A DNA stretch of 64,000 nt from Deltaproteobacteria bacterium (GCA_022340465.1 JAJDNW010000006.1:7530-71529), one strand, 5' to 3'; counted from the first letter of the stretch, positions 9,227 to 19,956 are shown. Notes: a model not told the origin generated them from the letters alone. Made by a program: numbers and translations.

Positions 9227-10255
9227 TCAACTTGAAGAGCCTCCCTCACCCGAGCCCACATTGATCGGCTTGTTCTCTTCCACACGGTCTACTGGTAAAC
9301 CTGAAAATTCGCTGTCAACGCGAACGATTGGGTTCGGAGCAGTCCGAATGGTCAGTTGAAATGCATCGGGCCTGGCATAATGGCCGGCTACATCCAAATT
9401 CCACTTCGTGCCCCGGATATTGTTTAAATCCACATCGGCATATAAAATTCCTTCCTCTTTGCTCAATGGGCCGGCCAGAATATTTCCTTCAGGATCGGCA
9501 ATCATGCTGTTGCCCGTGTTTATCCAGTCACCGGCTTCTTTGTAGTATGGCTCGAGTTGTGGCATGCGCTCGAGGATATCTCTTTTTTTTAGAACCATAC
9601 AACATCCGACAACATAAACCCGGCCTTCCCTTCCAATGTGGCGAAGCGTGGATTGCCAAGCCTCCCCTTCATCGTATGTTGGTGCCACGTAGAGTTCAAT
9701 ACCCCTACCGTAGAGGCTGTATCGGACTAAAGGCATGTAGTTCTCGTGGCAAATCAGCCCTCCTATTTTGCCAATATTTGTATCATATACATCGAGAGTA
9801 CTTGGATCTCCATATGCCCAAACGGTTCGCTCGGACACCGTAGGTACGAGTTTCTGATGGTAACCTATAATATTTCCATCCGGTCCAATTAGGATATTCG
9901 TATTGAACAAACTTCCTCTGCTCGCACTCTCATTTCGTTCATTAACACCGATGGACAAGTATATCCCTGCCTCTTTCGCGGCCTGGCCCAACCTGTCTGT
10001 TGTCGGGCCCGGTATGGTGACGGCCTGATCTACAAGCTCTCCATAAAGCTGCTGATTTAATACGATCTGGCCGGCTGGAACAAGCCATATCCAGTCAGGG
10101 TAGGTTGGGATGAAAACTTCGGGGAAAACAGCTAACTTGGCACCATTATCACCGATTTCCTTAATCAGAGAACACGCCTTGGCAACGGTTGCATCGCGAT
10201 CCATGAATACTGGAGATGCTTGCACGGCTGCAATCCTAAATGATTTTTTTTCCAT
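9227..10255 (-). CDS. nitrilase / carbon-nitrogen hydrolase family protein
   Basis: 342 aa. Catalytic E (AVFPEVFIP), K (YHQKLVPT) and C (GGLICHENYMPL) in the standard order. The Cys motif reads CHEN rather than the commoner CWEN. Confidence 0.85.
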   Translation of the reverse strand: MEKKSFRIAAVQASPVFMDRDATVAKACSLIKEIGDNGAKLAVFPEVFIPTYPDWIWLVPAGQIVLNQQLYGELVDQAVTIPGPTTDRLGQAAKEAGIYLSIGVNERNESASRGSLFNTNILIGPDGNIIGYHQKLVPTVSERTVWAYGDPSTLDVYDTNIGKIGGLICHENYMPLVRYSLYGRGIELYVAPTYDEGEAWQSTLRHIGREGRVYVVGCCMVLKKRDILERMPQLEPYYKEAGDWINTGNSMIADPEGNILAGPLSKEEGILYADVDLNNIRGTKWNLDVAGHYARPDAFQLTIRTAPNPIVRVDSEFSGLPVDRVEENKPINVGSGEGGSSS

Positions 10256-10621
10256 GTCATTGTCCTTTGAAGATCAGCGCATGACGCACTGTACGGTTGT
10301 ATTTAACGATATTGTATATATCAATCCCGGTTCCATGGGCAACCAACAAATAAAAAGGCCGGCTTGCCTAACGAATGGCAACCCGGCTTTCTATTTAAGA
10401 ACCGTGGCTTTCCGTCCCTGTTTCACAGCAGGTTTGGTTTTTTCATTTCATTCTTATCAATATATATCTTAATTTTTGACACAATGTGGTATTTGTCAAA
10501 TCTAATTTCGACTCTCAAGCAGCTAATAGTGATATGTTTATCATCTTGCGGTGTAGGCAGTTTAGTCATTTGGGCAATTTTATTTTCTAAGCCAATTGCA
10601 GATATGAAAAGTTGGAAAATA

Positions 10622-10657
10622 AAAAATGCAGGGCCGGATTGACAGCCCTGCATTTTT
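10622..10657. terminator. bidirectional intrinsic terminator after the secreted sulfatase gene
   Basis: AAAAATGCAGGGC-N10-GCCCTGCATTTTT. GC-rich stem with flanking A and T tracts, 37 nt downstream of the minus-strand stop at 10694. Confidence 0.7.
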
Positions 10658-10693
10658 CATTACTTCAAAAAGAAACTCTCAACCTGTTTGTCC

Positions 10694-12232
10694 TTACTGG
10701 CGGCTCGCGTTTGATTGCATCTCCATCAAAACGTTGTCTATACTCAGAGAGCTTCCTTTCGTTGGCGGAAACTCCTTGAAACTCTCAAGAAATTTCGCCA
10801 CATACGCCTGGGCGGGAACAAACAAAAACATGGTTTCAGCATAAAAATTACGAAGGTACATGGATGAATCCATTCCCACCTCGTAAGGATCCATCCTCAA
10901 ATTAACGATAATCGGCCAACTTGGTGTTTTGCGATATGCTTCATTAATGGATCCTTCCATGATGGTGAAGTGTGCCTTCCAGTCATTGTAGCGTACTGCA
11001 TTCAGATGGCCCCCTGCATCAAAGTAGAAAATTTCTTTTCTTTTTCCAGAACCTTTACCAGTGAGAAGGTCCATCTGATTGTACCCATCAAGATGCACCT
11101 TGAAATTCTTGCCGGCAGCCTGATGTCCCTTAAGCAACTTTTCTTTGATATCCGGTTCGCCGGCAGCAGCCAAAAGGGTGGGCATCCAGTCTTCATGGGA
11201 AAAAATGTCATTGATAACGGTACCTGGTTTTATGTGACCGGGCCACCTGACCATCTCTGGTACGCGAAAGCCGCCTTCCCAGGTCGTACCTTTCTCACCG
11301 CGAAACGGTGTCGTGCCTCCATCAGGCCAGGTAAACTTCTCCGCGCCATTGTCGGTGCTGAATATAACGATGGTGTTGTCGGCAATGCCCAGTTCCTCCA
11401 ACTTGTCCAGAAGTGCGCCGACACTGTCGTCAAGCTCCATCATACCGTCGGCATAGAGACCATAACCGGACTTATTTTTGTATTTGTCACTCAAATGAGT
11501 CCAGACGTGCATACGCGTTGTGTTATGCCAGACAAAGAAGGGTTTGCCGGCCTTATGGGCTCTCTCAATGAAATCAAGGCTGGCATTGAGAAACTCGGTA
11601 TCAGCTGTTTCCATCCTTTTTGAAGTCAAAGGGCCGGTATCTTCGATCTTACCATCAGCAGTGGCGTGTATCACACCCCTGGGGCCAAACTTTTTATGGA
11701 ACGCTGGATCGTTAGGGTAAAACTGACTCTCCGGTTCTTCTTCAGCATTGAGGTGGTAAAGATTGCCAAAAAATTCGTCGAAACCATGTTTGGTGGGCAG
11801 GTGCTCATCCCGGTCGCCAAGGTGGTTCTTTCCGAATTGCCCGCTCATATAACCATGGTTTTTTAACAGTTCCGCTATGGTCGGGTCCTTATCCTGAATA
11901 CCTTGCTTGGCACCCGGCATACCGATGGTTAACAAACCTGTGCGGAACGGATGCTGGCCAAGAATGAAGGAAGCACGCCCGGCGGTACAGCTTTGCTGTG
12001 CATAAGCATCGGTGAAGATAGCCCCTTCATTTGCGATTCGATCAATATTTGGAGTTCTCCCCCCCATCAAGCCGTTGTGGTAGGCGCTGATGTTCATTAC
12101 GCCGACATCATCGCCCCAGATTACCAGAATGTTGGGTGTGTCTGTTGCCGCCGCCATGCCGTTGGTGAAGGTCAGCAAGATAGCTGCGGCAGCTATGAGC
12201 ATCAAAAATAATAGTTTTCCTTTAATCATCAT
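10694..12232 (-). CDS. secreted Cys-type sulfatase (arylsulfatase family)
   Basis: 512 aa. N-terminal signal peptide (KLLFLMLIAAAAILLTF..AAA), metal site VIWGDDVG, FGly motif SCTAGRASF (C-x-A-x-R variant), GKNHLGD. Confidence 0.85.
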   Translation of the reverse strand: MMIKGKLLFLMLIAAAAILLTFTNGMAAATDTPNILVIWGDDVGVMNISAYHNGLMGGRTPNIDRIANEGAIFTDAYAQQSCTAGRASFILGQHPFRTGLLTIGMPGAKQGIQDKDPTIAELLKNHGYMSGQFGKNHLGDRDEHLPTKHGFDEFFGNLYHLNAEEEPESQFYPNDPAFHKKFGPRGVIHATADGKIEDTGPLTSKRMETADTEFLNASLDFIERAHKAGKPFFVWHNTTRMHVWTHLSDKYKNKSGYGLYADGMMELDDSVGALLDKLEELGIADNTIVIFSTDNGAEKFTWPDGGTTPFRGEKGTTWEGGFRVPEMVRWPGHIKPGTVINDIFSHEDWMPTLLAAAGEPDIKEKLLKGHQAAGKNFKVHLDGYNQMDLLTGKGSGKRKEIFYFDAGGHLNAVRYNDWKAHFTIMEGSINEAYRKTPSWPIIVNLRMDPYEVGMDSSMYLRNFYAETMFLFVPAQAYVAKFLESFKEFPPTKGSSLSIDNVLMEMQSNASRQ

Positions 12233-12572
12233 GAGTCTCCTTTTTTTGTGGTTAGGGATGGATCAATAAATTTTTGAAGGCCGGTTAAAACCGAGTAATT
12301 TTTCCTGATTTTCCTTCTCAAAAATCAGGAAAATAAAAATAACTCTCTGCGTTCTCAGCGTACTCGAGCGCAAGCGGGCGAAAGAAAATGGTTCTTTTAC
12401 CCACACGCAAAGCACAGCTTGGGCCTTCAGCTTAGCCGAAGGTTTAATAGACGAATTAATTTGAGGTCAATCGTTGTAAAAGATGCCGATTGGAAAATAT
12501 AGATTCGGAACGGCATTTTGTCAAACGCTATAACCTCATAGCACAGAAGCAGGTGTTTCAATATGGATGTTG

Positions 12573-15500
12573 TCAAATCATCCTTTCGATCTCCATAATC
12601 CTCTTTTTCAGCTTTTTCAGCGAGACGGGTACGGCGGTCTTCAGCTCCTGGGCGAACAGGGAGACCTTGTACTCCTGGATGTGCCAGAACAGTTCCTCCA
12701 CGGCGGCGCGTTTTTCCGGGGAAGCCGAATCGCCGAGATCTCCTATTAACCTGTTCAGGGAATCGATGGGCATATCGAGGTCCCTGCAGCGTTGCCTGTC
12801 TTTTTCCAGGTTTGCGACGCCCCTCTCCGCCCTGATGGCGACCGCATTGATGTAGCGGGGCAGGTGTCCGAGACGCGCGATGTCATACAGCGATACGAAA
12901 CTTTCCGGAACCAGATCGGCCAAATCACCGCGCAGGGCTTCCAGAAACGTCAGGATTTGTTCCTTGCCCGCGTTGGCGCTTTCCAGGCGGTGGATCACCA
13001 TGCGCGTTTCGAAGTAGGCTTTCAGGGTCTCCACGGTTTTTTCGAATTTTTCATTGCCGCGGGTGTGGATGCCTTCCACGGCGAAGCGCTCCTCCAGGCG
13101 CAGGTATTCCGATTCCGCGCGGATGTCGCGTTCGAACAGGCGCCGGACAGTGTCGTCGAACAGGCACTTTTCCACCTTCCCGCGGCCGCCGAAATACCGG
13201 GCCGCCTTGTCCAGCTGCCCTGGCAGTTTCAGGTTTTGCCGCAGGAATTTCAGGTCCTGGGAAAACGTGCGGGTAAAAAGAGCCGCCACGCCTTTACGGT
13301 GCGATTCCCGGGCCCGGGCGGCGTCCGGGAACAGCCGCAGGCTGATGGTGTCACCCTCGGTTTTCAATCCCGGATAGGCGGTGCATGTCGATCCCCGGTC
13401 ACCTTTCAGGGTAACCGTTTCGGGAAGATCGCCGAAATTCCAGGACCGGATTTCGGGTTTTTCCCACTTTTCCCTGAGCCTTGCCAGGAGATGCGACGCC
13501 GTTTGCGGGGGGGGCGCCTTGTCCAGTATCGTCGTGCTTCGGCCCTGCCGGATGACCCTTTTCCCGGCGTCGACGAGTTCTATTCTCATTTTGAGGTGGT
13601 CCGGCAACGCTTCAAGGGGCCAGGCGTTGGCGGGAATGTCGACATTGAAGCGCCGGTGGATGAAGTTTCCCAGGGCAACGACCAGGGGGGTGTCGCTAGC
13701 GGGCATCTCCCGCACGGCGGTTTCGACGGTGGCATTGACCGGCACGAGCCGCTTGCGATATTCCTTGGGCAGGCTTTTGATCAGGGCGGTGATCTTTTCC
13801 CCGAGCATGCCGGGCACCAGCCAGTCCAGCCTCGCTTTGTCGATGGAGGAGGCATCGGCGGCGGGGATCTTGACGGTCAGTCCGTCGTCTTGTCTTCCGG
13901 GCTCGAACTGGTACAGGGCCTCGAAAGCCTTGTTGCCCAGTCTGACTTTGTCGGGAAAGCGATCGATCTCGTTCTGATCGGGTGTGTAGCGCAGCAGGTC
14001 CTCCTTCGTCAGCTTCAGAAAGTCATCCGACCCTTTTTCCCGGATCATCCGCCTGAGGGTCCGTGTGTCGTAGACCCGCACGGGCAGCCTGTCTTCGTAG
14101 TAGGCAGCCATTTCCGCATCGTGCACCAGGATGTCGCGGCGACGGAATTTGTCTTCCACGGAGCGAATCTCTTCTATCAGTTCAAGGTTGTGTCTCAAAA
14201 ATCCGAAGGGGGTTTTAACCTCTCCGGTCACGAGCGCCTGCTGGATGAATATCCGGGTCGCTTCCGCCGGGTCGATGGGGCCGAAGGAAACCGGTCGCCC
14301 GGGTACGATGATCAACCCGTAAAGGCTGACCTGTTCGGTTGCCACCACTTCTTCCCGGTTTTTTTCCCAGTGCGGGTCACTGTACGTGCGCCGGCACTGG
14401 TTCCCACCGAGGGCTTCCAGCCATTCGACGTCGATGTTGGCCACGATTCTGGCAAACAGCCTGGACGTTTCCACGAACTCCGCGGCCACGATCCAGGGAC
14501 CCGGGCTCTTGAACAGGCCGGACCCCGGGAAGATCATCACCTCCCTGTCACGCGCCCCTTTGTAATACTGTTTTTCCTGCTGGCGGGCGATGTTGGATAA
14601 AAAGCCGCTCAGGATGGATTTGTGCACGGCCGCATAACGTTCGGAAAATCCGGTGCCGGAACGGCCTTTATGGGGCTTGCCATTCCCCGCAATTTTCTTT
14701 CTGTGGGCTTTTATGTCGTTTTCCGCCAGAATCATCGAGATCTGGTTGTGGATGTCGAGCCACTCGCGCATGCGCCGGAAGGAAAGAAAATGCGTTTTGC
14801 AGAATTTTTTCAGTTTGGAGGCGCTTCCCTGCGCCCCTGCCGACGCGTTGTAGCGTTTCCATATATTGAGCAGGGCGATGAAATCGGATTGCGGGTCCCG
14901 AAACACGGCCTGGGCCTCGTCGGCGGCCTGCTTTTTTTCGGCTGGGCGTTCCCGCGGATCCTGGATGCTCAGGGCGGCTGCAATGACGGTGATTTCCTCC
15001 AGGCAGCCTTTTTGGCGGGCCTCGATGATCATCTTGGAAAGTCTGGGATCTAAGGGCAGTTTGGCCATCAGGCGCCCTGTCGCCGTCAGCCGATAGGCAC
15101 CGCTTTGCGGCTGCCGCCCTTTTTTAGGCGTTGCCTTTTTCAGGCGCGGGCCGGATGTTGCCGCCGGCTCGATGGCGCCCAATTCCAGGAGCAGGTTGAT
15201 CCCGTCCTTGATGCTTTTGTCGTCGGGCCGGTCGATGAATGGAAATGTTTCGACCGCCCCCAGTTTCAGGTGGATCATGCGCAGGATGACTTCGGCCAGG
15301 TTCGAACGTAGAATTTCCGGTTTGGTGTACAGGGGGCGGCTGAGGTAGTCTTCTTCCGTGTACAGGCGGATGCAGACGCCGTTCTCCACCCGGCCGCAGC
15401 GGCCCTTGCGCTGGTCTGCGCTGCTGCGGGACACGGGTGCGACGGGCAGGGCCGTGATCCTGTAGCGGGGGTTATAGCGGGAAATGCGGGCCAGGCCGGT

Positions 15501-16610
15501 GTCCACCACGTATTTTATTCCGGGTATGGTGATGGACGTCTCGGCCACGTTGGTGGCCACGATGATCTTGCGTCCGGATATGCGTTTGAACACCTTTTTC
15601 TGCTCGCCGGAGGAAAGCCGGGCATAGAGAGGCAAAACGGTCGTATGGGGATCGTTTTTGCCTTCGATCAGGCTGCAGCACTCGCGGATGTCCTGTTCGG
15701 TGGGCATGAATACCAGTATGTCGCCGAAGCGGCTTTGCCTCTTGAGCCGTTCCACGGCCATGGCGGCCGCTTCGACATGGGTGGTGTCGCCGTCGCCGTC
15801 TTTGCCGCCGGTTTCGGCAGCATGGCGTGTTTCCACAGGGTACATACGTCCGGACACCTCGATGATGGGCGCTTCGCCAAAGGCCTTTGAAAATTTTTCC
15901 GTGTCGATGGTTGCCGAGGTGATAATCAGCTTCAGGTCTCTGCGCCGGTTCAAAAGGTCTTTCAGGATGCCGAGCACGAAATCGATGTTCAGGCTTCTTT
16001 CGTGGGCTTCATCCACGATGATGGTGTCATAGGCGTTCAGATAAGGGTCTGTCTGGGCTTCGGCCAGCAGGATGCCGTCGGTCATGATTTTGACGAACGT
16101 GTTGCCGCCGGTTTTCTCCTTGAAGCGGATCTTGTAGCCGACCGCATCCCCCAGGTTGACGGCCAGTTCATCGGCAATGCGCTGGGAGACGGTGGTGGCT
16201 GCGATTCGGCGGGGCTGGGTACAGCCGATCATACCGGCAATACCCCTTCCGGCCGCCAGGCAGAACTTGGGGAGCTGGGTGGTTTTGCCGGATCCTGTTT
16301 CTCCGGCGACAATCACCACCGGATGTTCACGGACGGCTGTGATGATCTCGTCTTTTGCGGCCGTGATCGGCAGGTCCGGGTCATACGAAACCGCGGGCAC
16401 GTGGTTCTTGCGCCATGTCCGCCTTTCCGCCGATTGCCCGAGGCGTTTCTCGATCCCCCTCAGGAGGTCGCGCACCCGCCCGTGGTTCCCGCCTTTGCGC
16501 TGAAGCTGACGGACCCTTCGAACTTTTTTGAGGGCTTCGATGCGGTCGGCATGCATGGCACCTTGCAGAAGACGGTCGATTCTTTTATGATGTAATAAAA
16601 TGTCAGACAT
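12573..16610 (-). CDS. hrpA: ATP-dependent RNA helicase HrpA (DEAH box)
   Basis: 1345 aa. GETGSGKTTQLPK, DEAHERS, TNVAETSITIPG, QRKGRCGR, plus the long HrpA-specific C-terminal extension. Confidence 0.9.
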   Translation of the reverse strand: MSDILLHHKRIDRLLQGAMHADRIEALKKVRRVRQLQRKGGNHGRVRDLLRGIEKRLGQSAERRTWRKNHVPAVSYDPDLPITAAKDEIITAVREHPVVIVAGETGSGKTTQLPKFCLAAGRGIAGMIGCTQPRRIAATTVSQRIADELAVNLGDAVGYKIRFKEKTGGNTFVKIMTDGILLAEAQTDPYLNAYDTIIVDEAHERSLNIDFVLGILKDLLNRRRDLKLIITSATIDTEKFSKAFGEAPIIEVSGRMYPVETRHAAETGGKDGDGDTTHVEAAAMAVERLKRQSRFGDILVFMPTEQDIRECCSLIEGKNDPHTTVLPLYARLSSGEQKKVFKRISGRKIIVATNVAETSITIPGIKYVVDTGLARISRYNPRYRITALPVAPVSRSSADQRKGRCGRVENGVCIRLYTEEDYLSRPLYTKPEILRSNLAEVILRMIHLKLGAVETFPFIDRPDDKSIKDGINLLLELGAIEPAATSGPRLKKATPKKGRQPQSGAYRLTATGRLMAKLPLDPRLSKMIIEARQKGCLEEITVIAAALSIQDPRERPAEKKQAADEAQAVFRDPQSDFIALLNIWKRYNASAGAQGSASKLKKFCKTHFLSFRRMREWLDIHNQISMILAENDIKAHRKKIAGNGKPHKGRSGTGFSERYAAVHKSILSGFLSNIARQQEKQYYKGARDREVMIFPGSGLFKSPGPWIVAAEFVETSRLFARIVANIDVEWLEALGGNQCRRTYSDPHWEKNREEVVATEQVSLYGLIIVPGRPVSFGPIDPAEATRIFIQQALVTGEVKTPFGFLRHNLELIEEIRSVEDKFRRRDILVHDAEMAAYYEDRLPVRVYDTRTLRRMIREKGSDDFLKLTKEDLLRYTPDQNEIDRFPDKVRLGNKAFEALYQFEPGRQDDGLTVKIPAADASSIDKARLDWLVPGMLGEKITALIKSLPKEYRKRLVPVNATVETAVREMPASDTPLVVALGNFIHRRFNVDIPANAWPLEALPDHLKMRIELVDAGKRVIRQGRSTTILDKAPPPQTASHLLARLREKWEKPEIRSWNFGDLPETVTLKGDRGSTCTAYPGLKTEGDTISLRLFPDAARARESHRKGVAALFTRTFSQDLKFLRQNLKLPGQLDKAARYFGGRGKVEKCLFDDTVRRLFERDIRAESEYLRLEERFAVEGIHTRGNEKFEKTVETLKAYFETRMVIHRLESANAGKEQILTFLEALRGDLADLVPESFVSLYDIARLGHLPRYINAVAIRAERGVANLEKDRQRCRDLDMPIDSLNRLIGDLGDSASPEKRAAVEELFWHIQEYKVSLFAQELKTAVPVSLKKLKKRIMEIERMI

Positions 16611-16795
16611 GCGGGTTGAATCACGACAGCGGGCGCATCATGATCGATTTCCAACAACCGAAACGCCCAGTTCAAATTAGGTATAATTGTGTTTGACCCC
16701 TTTTATGGCTATCGCCGATATAAATCAAGTCTGACTCCCTTCATAAGCCACCGGATCGGCCGGCGATCGCCGATTTTCGGGAAAGGAGCGGCGCC

Positions 16796-17212
16796 ATGAA
16801 AAGTTATCGAAAGGAATTGTGGTTCGAGGTGCCCACGCGGCGGGCCTTCATCAACATCACCCCCGACGTGCAGCAGTGCATCGGCGAAAGCGGCATCGAG
16901 GAGGGCCTGGTGCTCTGCAACGCCATGCACATCACCGCCTCGGTTTTTATCAACGACGACGAATCCGGCCTGCACCACGACTATGACGTCTGGCTGGAGA
17001 AGCTCGCCCCCCACGAGCCGGTGCAACGCTACCGTCACAACGTGGGCGAGGACAATGCCGACGCCCACATGAAGCGGCAGATCATGGGCCGGGAGGTCGT
17101 CGTGGCCATTACGGCCGGACGGCTCGATTTCGGGACGTGGGAGCAGATCTTCTACGGTGAATTCGACGGCCGGCGCCGTAAGCGGGTGCTGGTCAAAGTC
17201 ATCGGCGAATAA
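16796..17212 (+). CDS. YjbQ/UPF0047 family protein (secondary thiamine-phosphate synthase-like)
   Basis: 138 aa. [17 protein letters not shown]...[10 protein letters not shown]...[13 protein letters not shown] pattern typical of YjbQ. Confidence 0.8.
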   Translation: MKSYRKELWFEVPTRRAFINITPDVQQCIGESGIEEGLVLCNAMHITASVFINDDESGLHHDYDVWLEKLAPHEPVQRYRHNVGEDNADAHMKRQIMGREVVVAITAGRLDFGTWEQIFYGEFDGRRRKRVLVKVIGE

Positions 17213-17298
17213 CGGCGTAACGCTTCGTTCGTGGTGTGCTGAAAAATCCACCGGCTGTAGCCGAGGCGGTCGACCCAATAATGTCTGGAGGTGTCTCC

Positions 17299-18354
17299 AT
17301 GGCAACCGACCGGGATAAGATAAAAATTCTAATCATTGAAGATGAGCCATTGGTTCTCGATTTGGTTGTCACCATCTTGAAGCGATTCGATTTCGATTTG
17401 CTGACAGCCACCAACGGCGATGACGGCATCGGGATTTTCGAGAAAGAGATCCCGGCCATTGTTCTCACGGACATCAACCTGCCGGGTGCGTCCGGGATGG
17501 ATATATTGAAGCGGGTCAAACGCGCGTCTCCGGCCACCCAGGTCATCATTTTTTCCGGCGTGGGCACGACCAGCGATGTCATTGAAGCACTCCGCATGGG
17601 GGCCAGCGACTACCTGGTCAAGCCTGTCAACGCGGGGCTTCTCATTCACACGGTCAAACGATGCCTGGAACGCATCGAACTTATCCGTGAGCGTATGGAG
17701 CGCAAGGCCATTCTCGAACGTGAGGTTCGCGAGCGGACGGCCGGGCTCAGACGCATTTTTTACGAAACCGTCAAGGTGCTGGGGCGTCTGACCGAAAAAA
17801 GAGACCCCTATACGGCGGGGCACCAGCAGCGTGTGGCCCTTTTGGCCACGGCCATCGGCCGAAAACTGGGGCTTTCCGCAAACACCCTCGAAATAATAAA
17901 TGTGGCCGGGCTGCTGCATGATATCGGGAAAATCGCCGTGCCCGTCGAATTGCTGGTAAAACCCGCTAAATTGACGGCGCTGGAGATGGATTTGATGCGC
18001 ATGCATCCGCAGGCAAGTTACGACATCATAAGGGACATTCCTTTTGTCGAGTCGCTGGGCAAGGACGTTTCCGAGCTGGTCCTGACCCATCATGAACGGC
18101 TCGACGGCAGCGGGTACCCGCGCGGTCTCACGGGGGATCAAATCGAGCGGGAGTCGAAAATATTGTGCGTGTCGGATGTCATCGAGGCCATGTCTTCCCA
18201 CCGGCCCTATCGTCCGGCCACGGACATGGAAACGACAAAACGGGAAATCATTTCCCAAAAAGGCAGACGCTATTGCCCGGATTGTGTGGAAGCCTGCCTC
18301 GAACTCATCGAGGAGAGCGGTAACGACACCCGCCGTCTTTTTTCGGGCCCTTGA
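17299..18354 (+). CDS. response regulator with HD-GYP c-di-GMP phosphodiesterase domain
   Basis: Receiver (ILIIEDEP...VLTDINLPGASG...K), then HD-GYP (TAGHQQRV...GLLHDIGK...HHERLDGSGYPRG). ATG at 17299 follows GGAGG by 7 nt; the ORF-track start 17236 is probably an extension. Confidence 0.85.
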   Translation: MATDRDKIKILIIEDEPLVLDLVVTILKRFDFDLLTATNGDDGIGIFEKEIPAIVLTDINLPGASGMDILKRVKRASPATQVIIFSGVGTTSDVIEALRMGASDYLVKPVNAGLLIHTVKRCLERIELIRERMERKAILEREVRERTAGLRRIFYETVKVLGRLTEKRDPYTAGHQQRVALLATAIGRKLGLSANTLEIINVAGLLHDIGKIAVPVELLVKPAKLTALEMDLMRMHPQASYDIIRDIPFVESLGKDVSELVLTHHERLDGSGYPRGLTGDQIERESKILCVSDVIEAMSSHRPYRPATDMETTKREIISQKGRRYCPDCVEACLELIEESGNDTRRLFSGP

Positions 18355-18423
18355 CATACAGGACGTTTGTAACGATCTTTTATCACGTAGTTTAAAACTG
18401 TGAAACGATCGAGGGATGGACAG

Positions 18424-18843
18424 ATGCACATTTCCACCGAACAGATGGCGCAAATCAATGACAATCCCCTCTATCGGACCATCGGCCTGCGGGCGGTTTC
18501 CGCTACGGAGGGAAGGGTGGTTTCGGAGCTGCTGCCCCACGACAACGTCTGCTGGCCATTCCCGGGGCAACCCCACGGCGGCATTCTGTTTACCCAGATG
18601 GATTCCACCATGGCCTGGGCCGTGCTGACGGCTTACGGGGAAGAGAGCAGCTGCACCACCGTCAACCTGGAAATTCAGTACCCGTCACCGGCCCAGGGAC
18701 CGATCTTTACCTGTGAGGCAACGGTGGCGCACCGTACCGGCCGTACCTGCTTTGTGAGGGGGGAAAGCCGCGACGAGGAGGGGCGGCTGGTCGCCATGGG
18801 CCAGGGGACGTTTCGGATAATTAAAGTGAAACCCCATTGGTAG
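18424..18843 (+). CDS. PaaI/4HBT hotdog-fold thioesterase
   Basis: ~139 aa. PLYRTIGLR...GRVV....N..G..HGG....MDS.M motif order of PaaI-type thioesterases. Confidence 0.7.
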   Translation: MHISTEQMAQINDNPLYRTIGLRAVSATEGRVVSELLPHDNVCWPFPGQPHGGILFTQMDSTMAWAVLTAYGEESSCTTVNLEIQYPSPAQGPIFTCEATVAHRTGRTCFVRGESRDEEGRLVAMGQGTFRIIKVKPHW

Positions 18844-18960
18844 CCAGTGGTCTATCACCGTCGGCGACACTCGAAATCCATTATTTTACACAATCCCGCC
18901 CGGCCGTGATATAGAATTCAGCCATCGGGTATTTTCACCAGCAAGCATCAGGAGGGCACC

Positions 18961-19956
18961 ATGAGCGAGTCACATTCTGCGGAAACCATCATGAGATCAG
19001 CGCGCGGGTTCATGGCGAGCAGGATACTTTTAACTGCCGCCGAACTGGATCTGTTTACACTCCTCGGGTCGAAACCCATGACGGCCGAAGCGGTGACGGC
19101 CGCGAAGGGGACCGATTCCCGGGGCACGACCATCCTCCTCGATGCACTGACTGCGCTCGGATTTCTGGTCAAGGAAAACAGTCGATACCGGCCGGAACCC
19201 GCGGTAGGCGCTCTGCTTTCGGCCGACGCCCCGGAATCGGTGCTTCCCATGGTCCTGCATTCGGCGACACTGTGGAAAACGTGGTCTCAGCTGACGGGGA
19301 TCGTGCGCGGCGAGGTGAAACCCGGTATGGAGGAAACGGGCGCCCTGGGGAAGGATAACTACAAGGCCTTTATAGGCGCGATGCACGTCGTCGGTTCCCG
19401 TTTTGCGCCTGACGTCGTGGCAGCCATCGATCCACAGGGCGTTCAGGCGTTGATAGATATCGGTGGTGGATCGGGCGCTTACACGCAGGCATTTCTCCGG
19501 GCATGTCCGGAAATGAGAGCGACCCTGTTCGATTTGCCCCGGGTGATCGAAATTGCGCAGGCGCATGCCCGGCGCGCCGGTATGCTCGACCGTATTACCA
19601 TGGTTGCGGGAGATTTTTACCAAGATGACCTGCCGGCCGGACACGACATCGCTTTATTGTCCGCCATTATTCACCAAAACAGTTTGGATCAAAACCTGTC
19701 GCTTTACCGCAAAGCGTATCATGCGCTGAAACCGGGTGGAAGAATTGTCGTTCGAGACCATGTGATGTCTGAAGACCGGACCGATCCGCCTGACGGCGCG
19801 CTGTTTGCCGTCAATATGCTGGCGGGAACGACGGGGGGTCGCACCTATGCATTCCAGGAGATAAGCGCTGGCCTGGTCGAGGCCGGGTTTGAACGTGTGA
19901 ACTTGATCCAAACCAGGGGGATGCTGTCCCTCGTGGAGGGTTACAGACCCGACTGA
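18961..19956 (+). CDS. SAM-dependent O-methyltransferase (family 2, with N-terminal dimerisation/wHTH domain)
   Basis: 331 aa. LIDIGGGSGAY (motif I), LFDLP, VAGDFY. N-terminal LLTAAELDLFTLL winged-helix-like segment. Confidence 0.75.
   Translation: MSESHSAETIMRSARGFMASRILLTAAELDLFTLLGSKPMTAEAVTAAKGTDSRGTTILLDALTALGFLVKENSRYRPEPAVGALLSADAPESVLPMVLHSATLWKTWSQLTGIVRGEVKPGMEETGALGKDNYKAFIGAMHVVGSRFAPDVVAAIDPQGVQALIDIGGGSGAYTQAFLRACPEMRATLFDLPRVIEIAQAHARRAGMLDRITMVAGDFYQDDLPAGHDIALLSAIIHQNSLDQNLSLYRKAYHALKPGGRIVVRDHVMSEDRTDPPDGALFAVNMLAGTTGGRTYAFQEISAGLVEAGFERVNLIQTRGMLSLVEGYRPD

Noticed and set aside
9227-10255. CHEN instead of CWEN at the nitrilase catalytic cysteine as a sign of inactivation
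   Set aside because: The Glu-Lys-Cys triad residues are all present in the normal order. The Trp-to-His neighbour change is a family variation, not evidence of loss of function.
12421-12443. CCTTCAGCT-T-AGCCGAAGG hairpin as the hrpA terminator
   Set aside because: It is about 130 nt from the hrpA stop, and on the minus strand no U-tract follows it. It is plausible but not supportable from sequence alone.
12792-14600. 602-aa plus-strand ORF inside hrpA. Similar long antisense ORFs: 5137-6474, 17329-18576, 24184-25464, 32471-33712, 34905-35975, 40480-41253, 60851-61690, 63041-63691
   Set aside because: Each lies antisense to a gene with unmistakable family motifs. Each has the Arg/Gly/Pro/His-rich, motif-free composition of shadow ORFs in GC-rich DNA.
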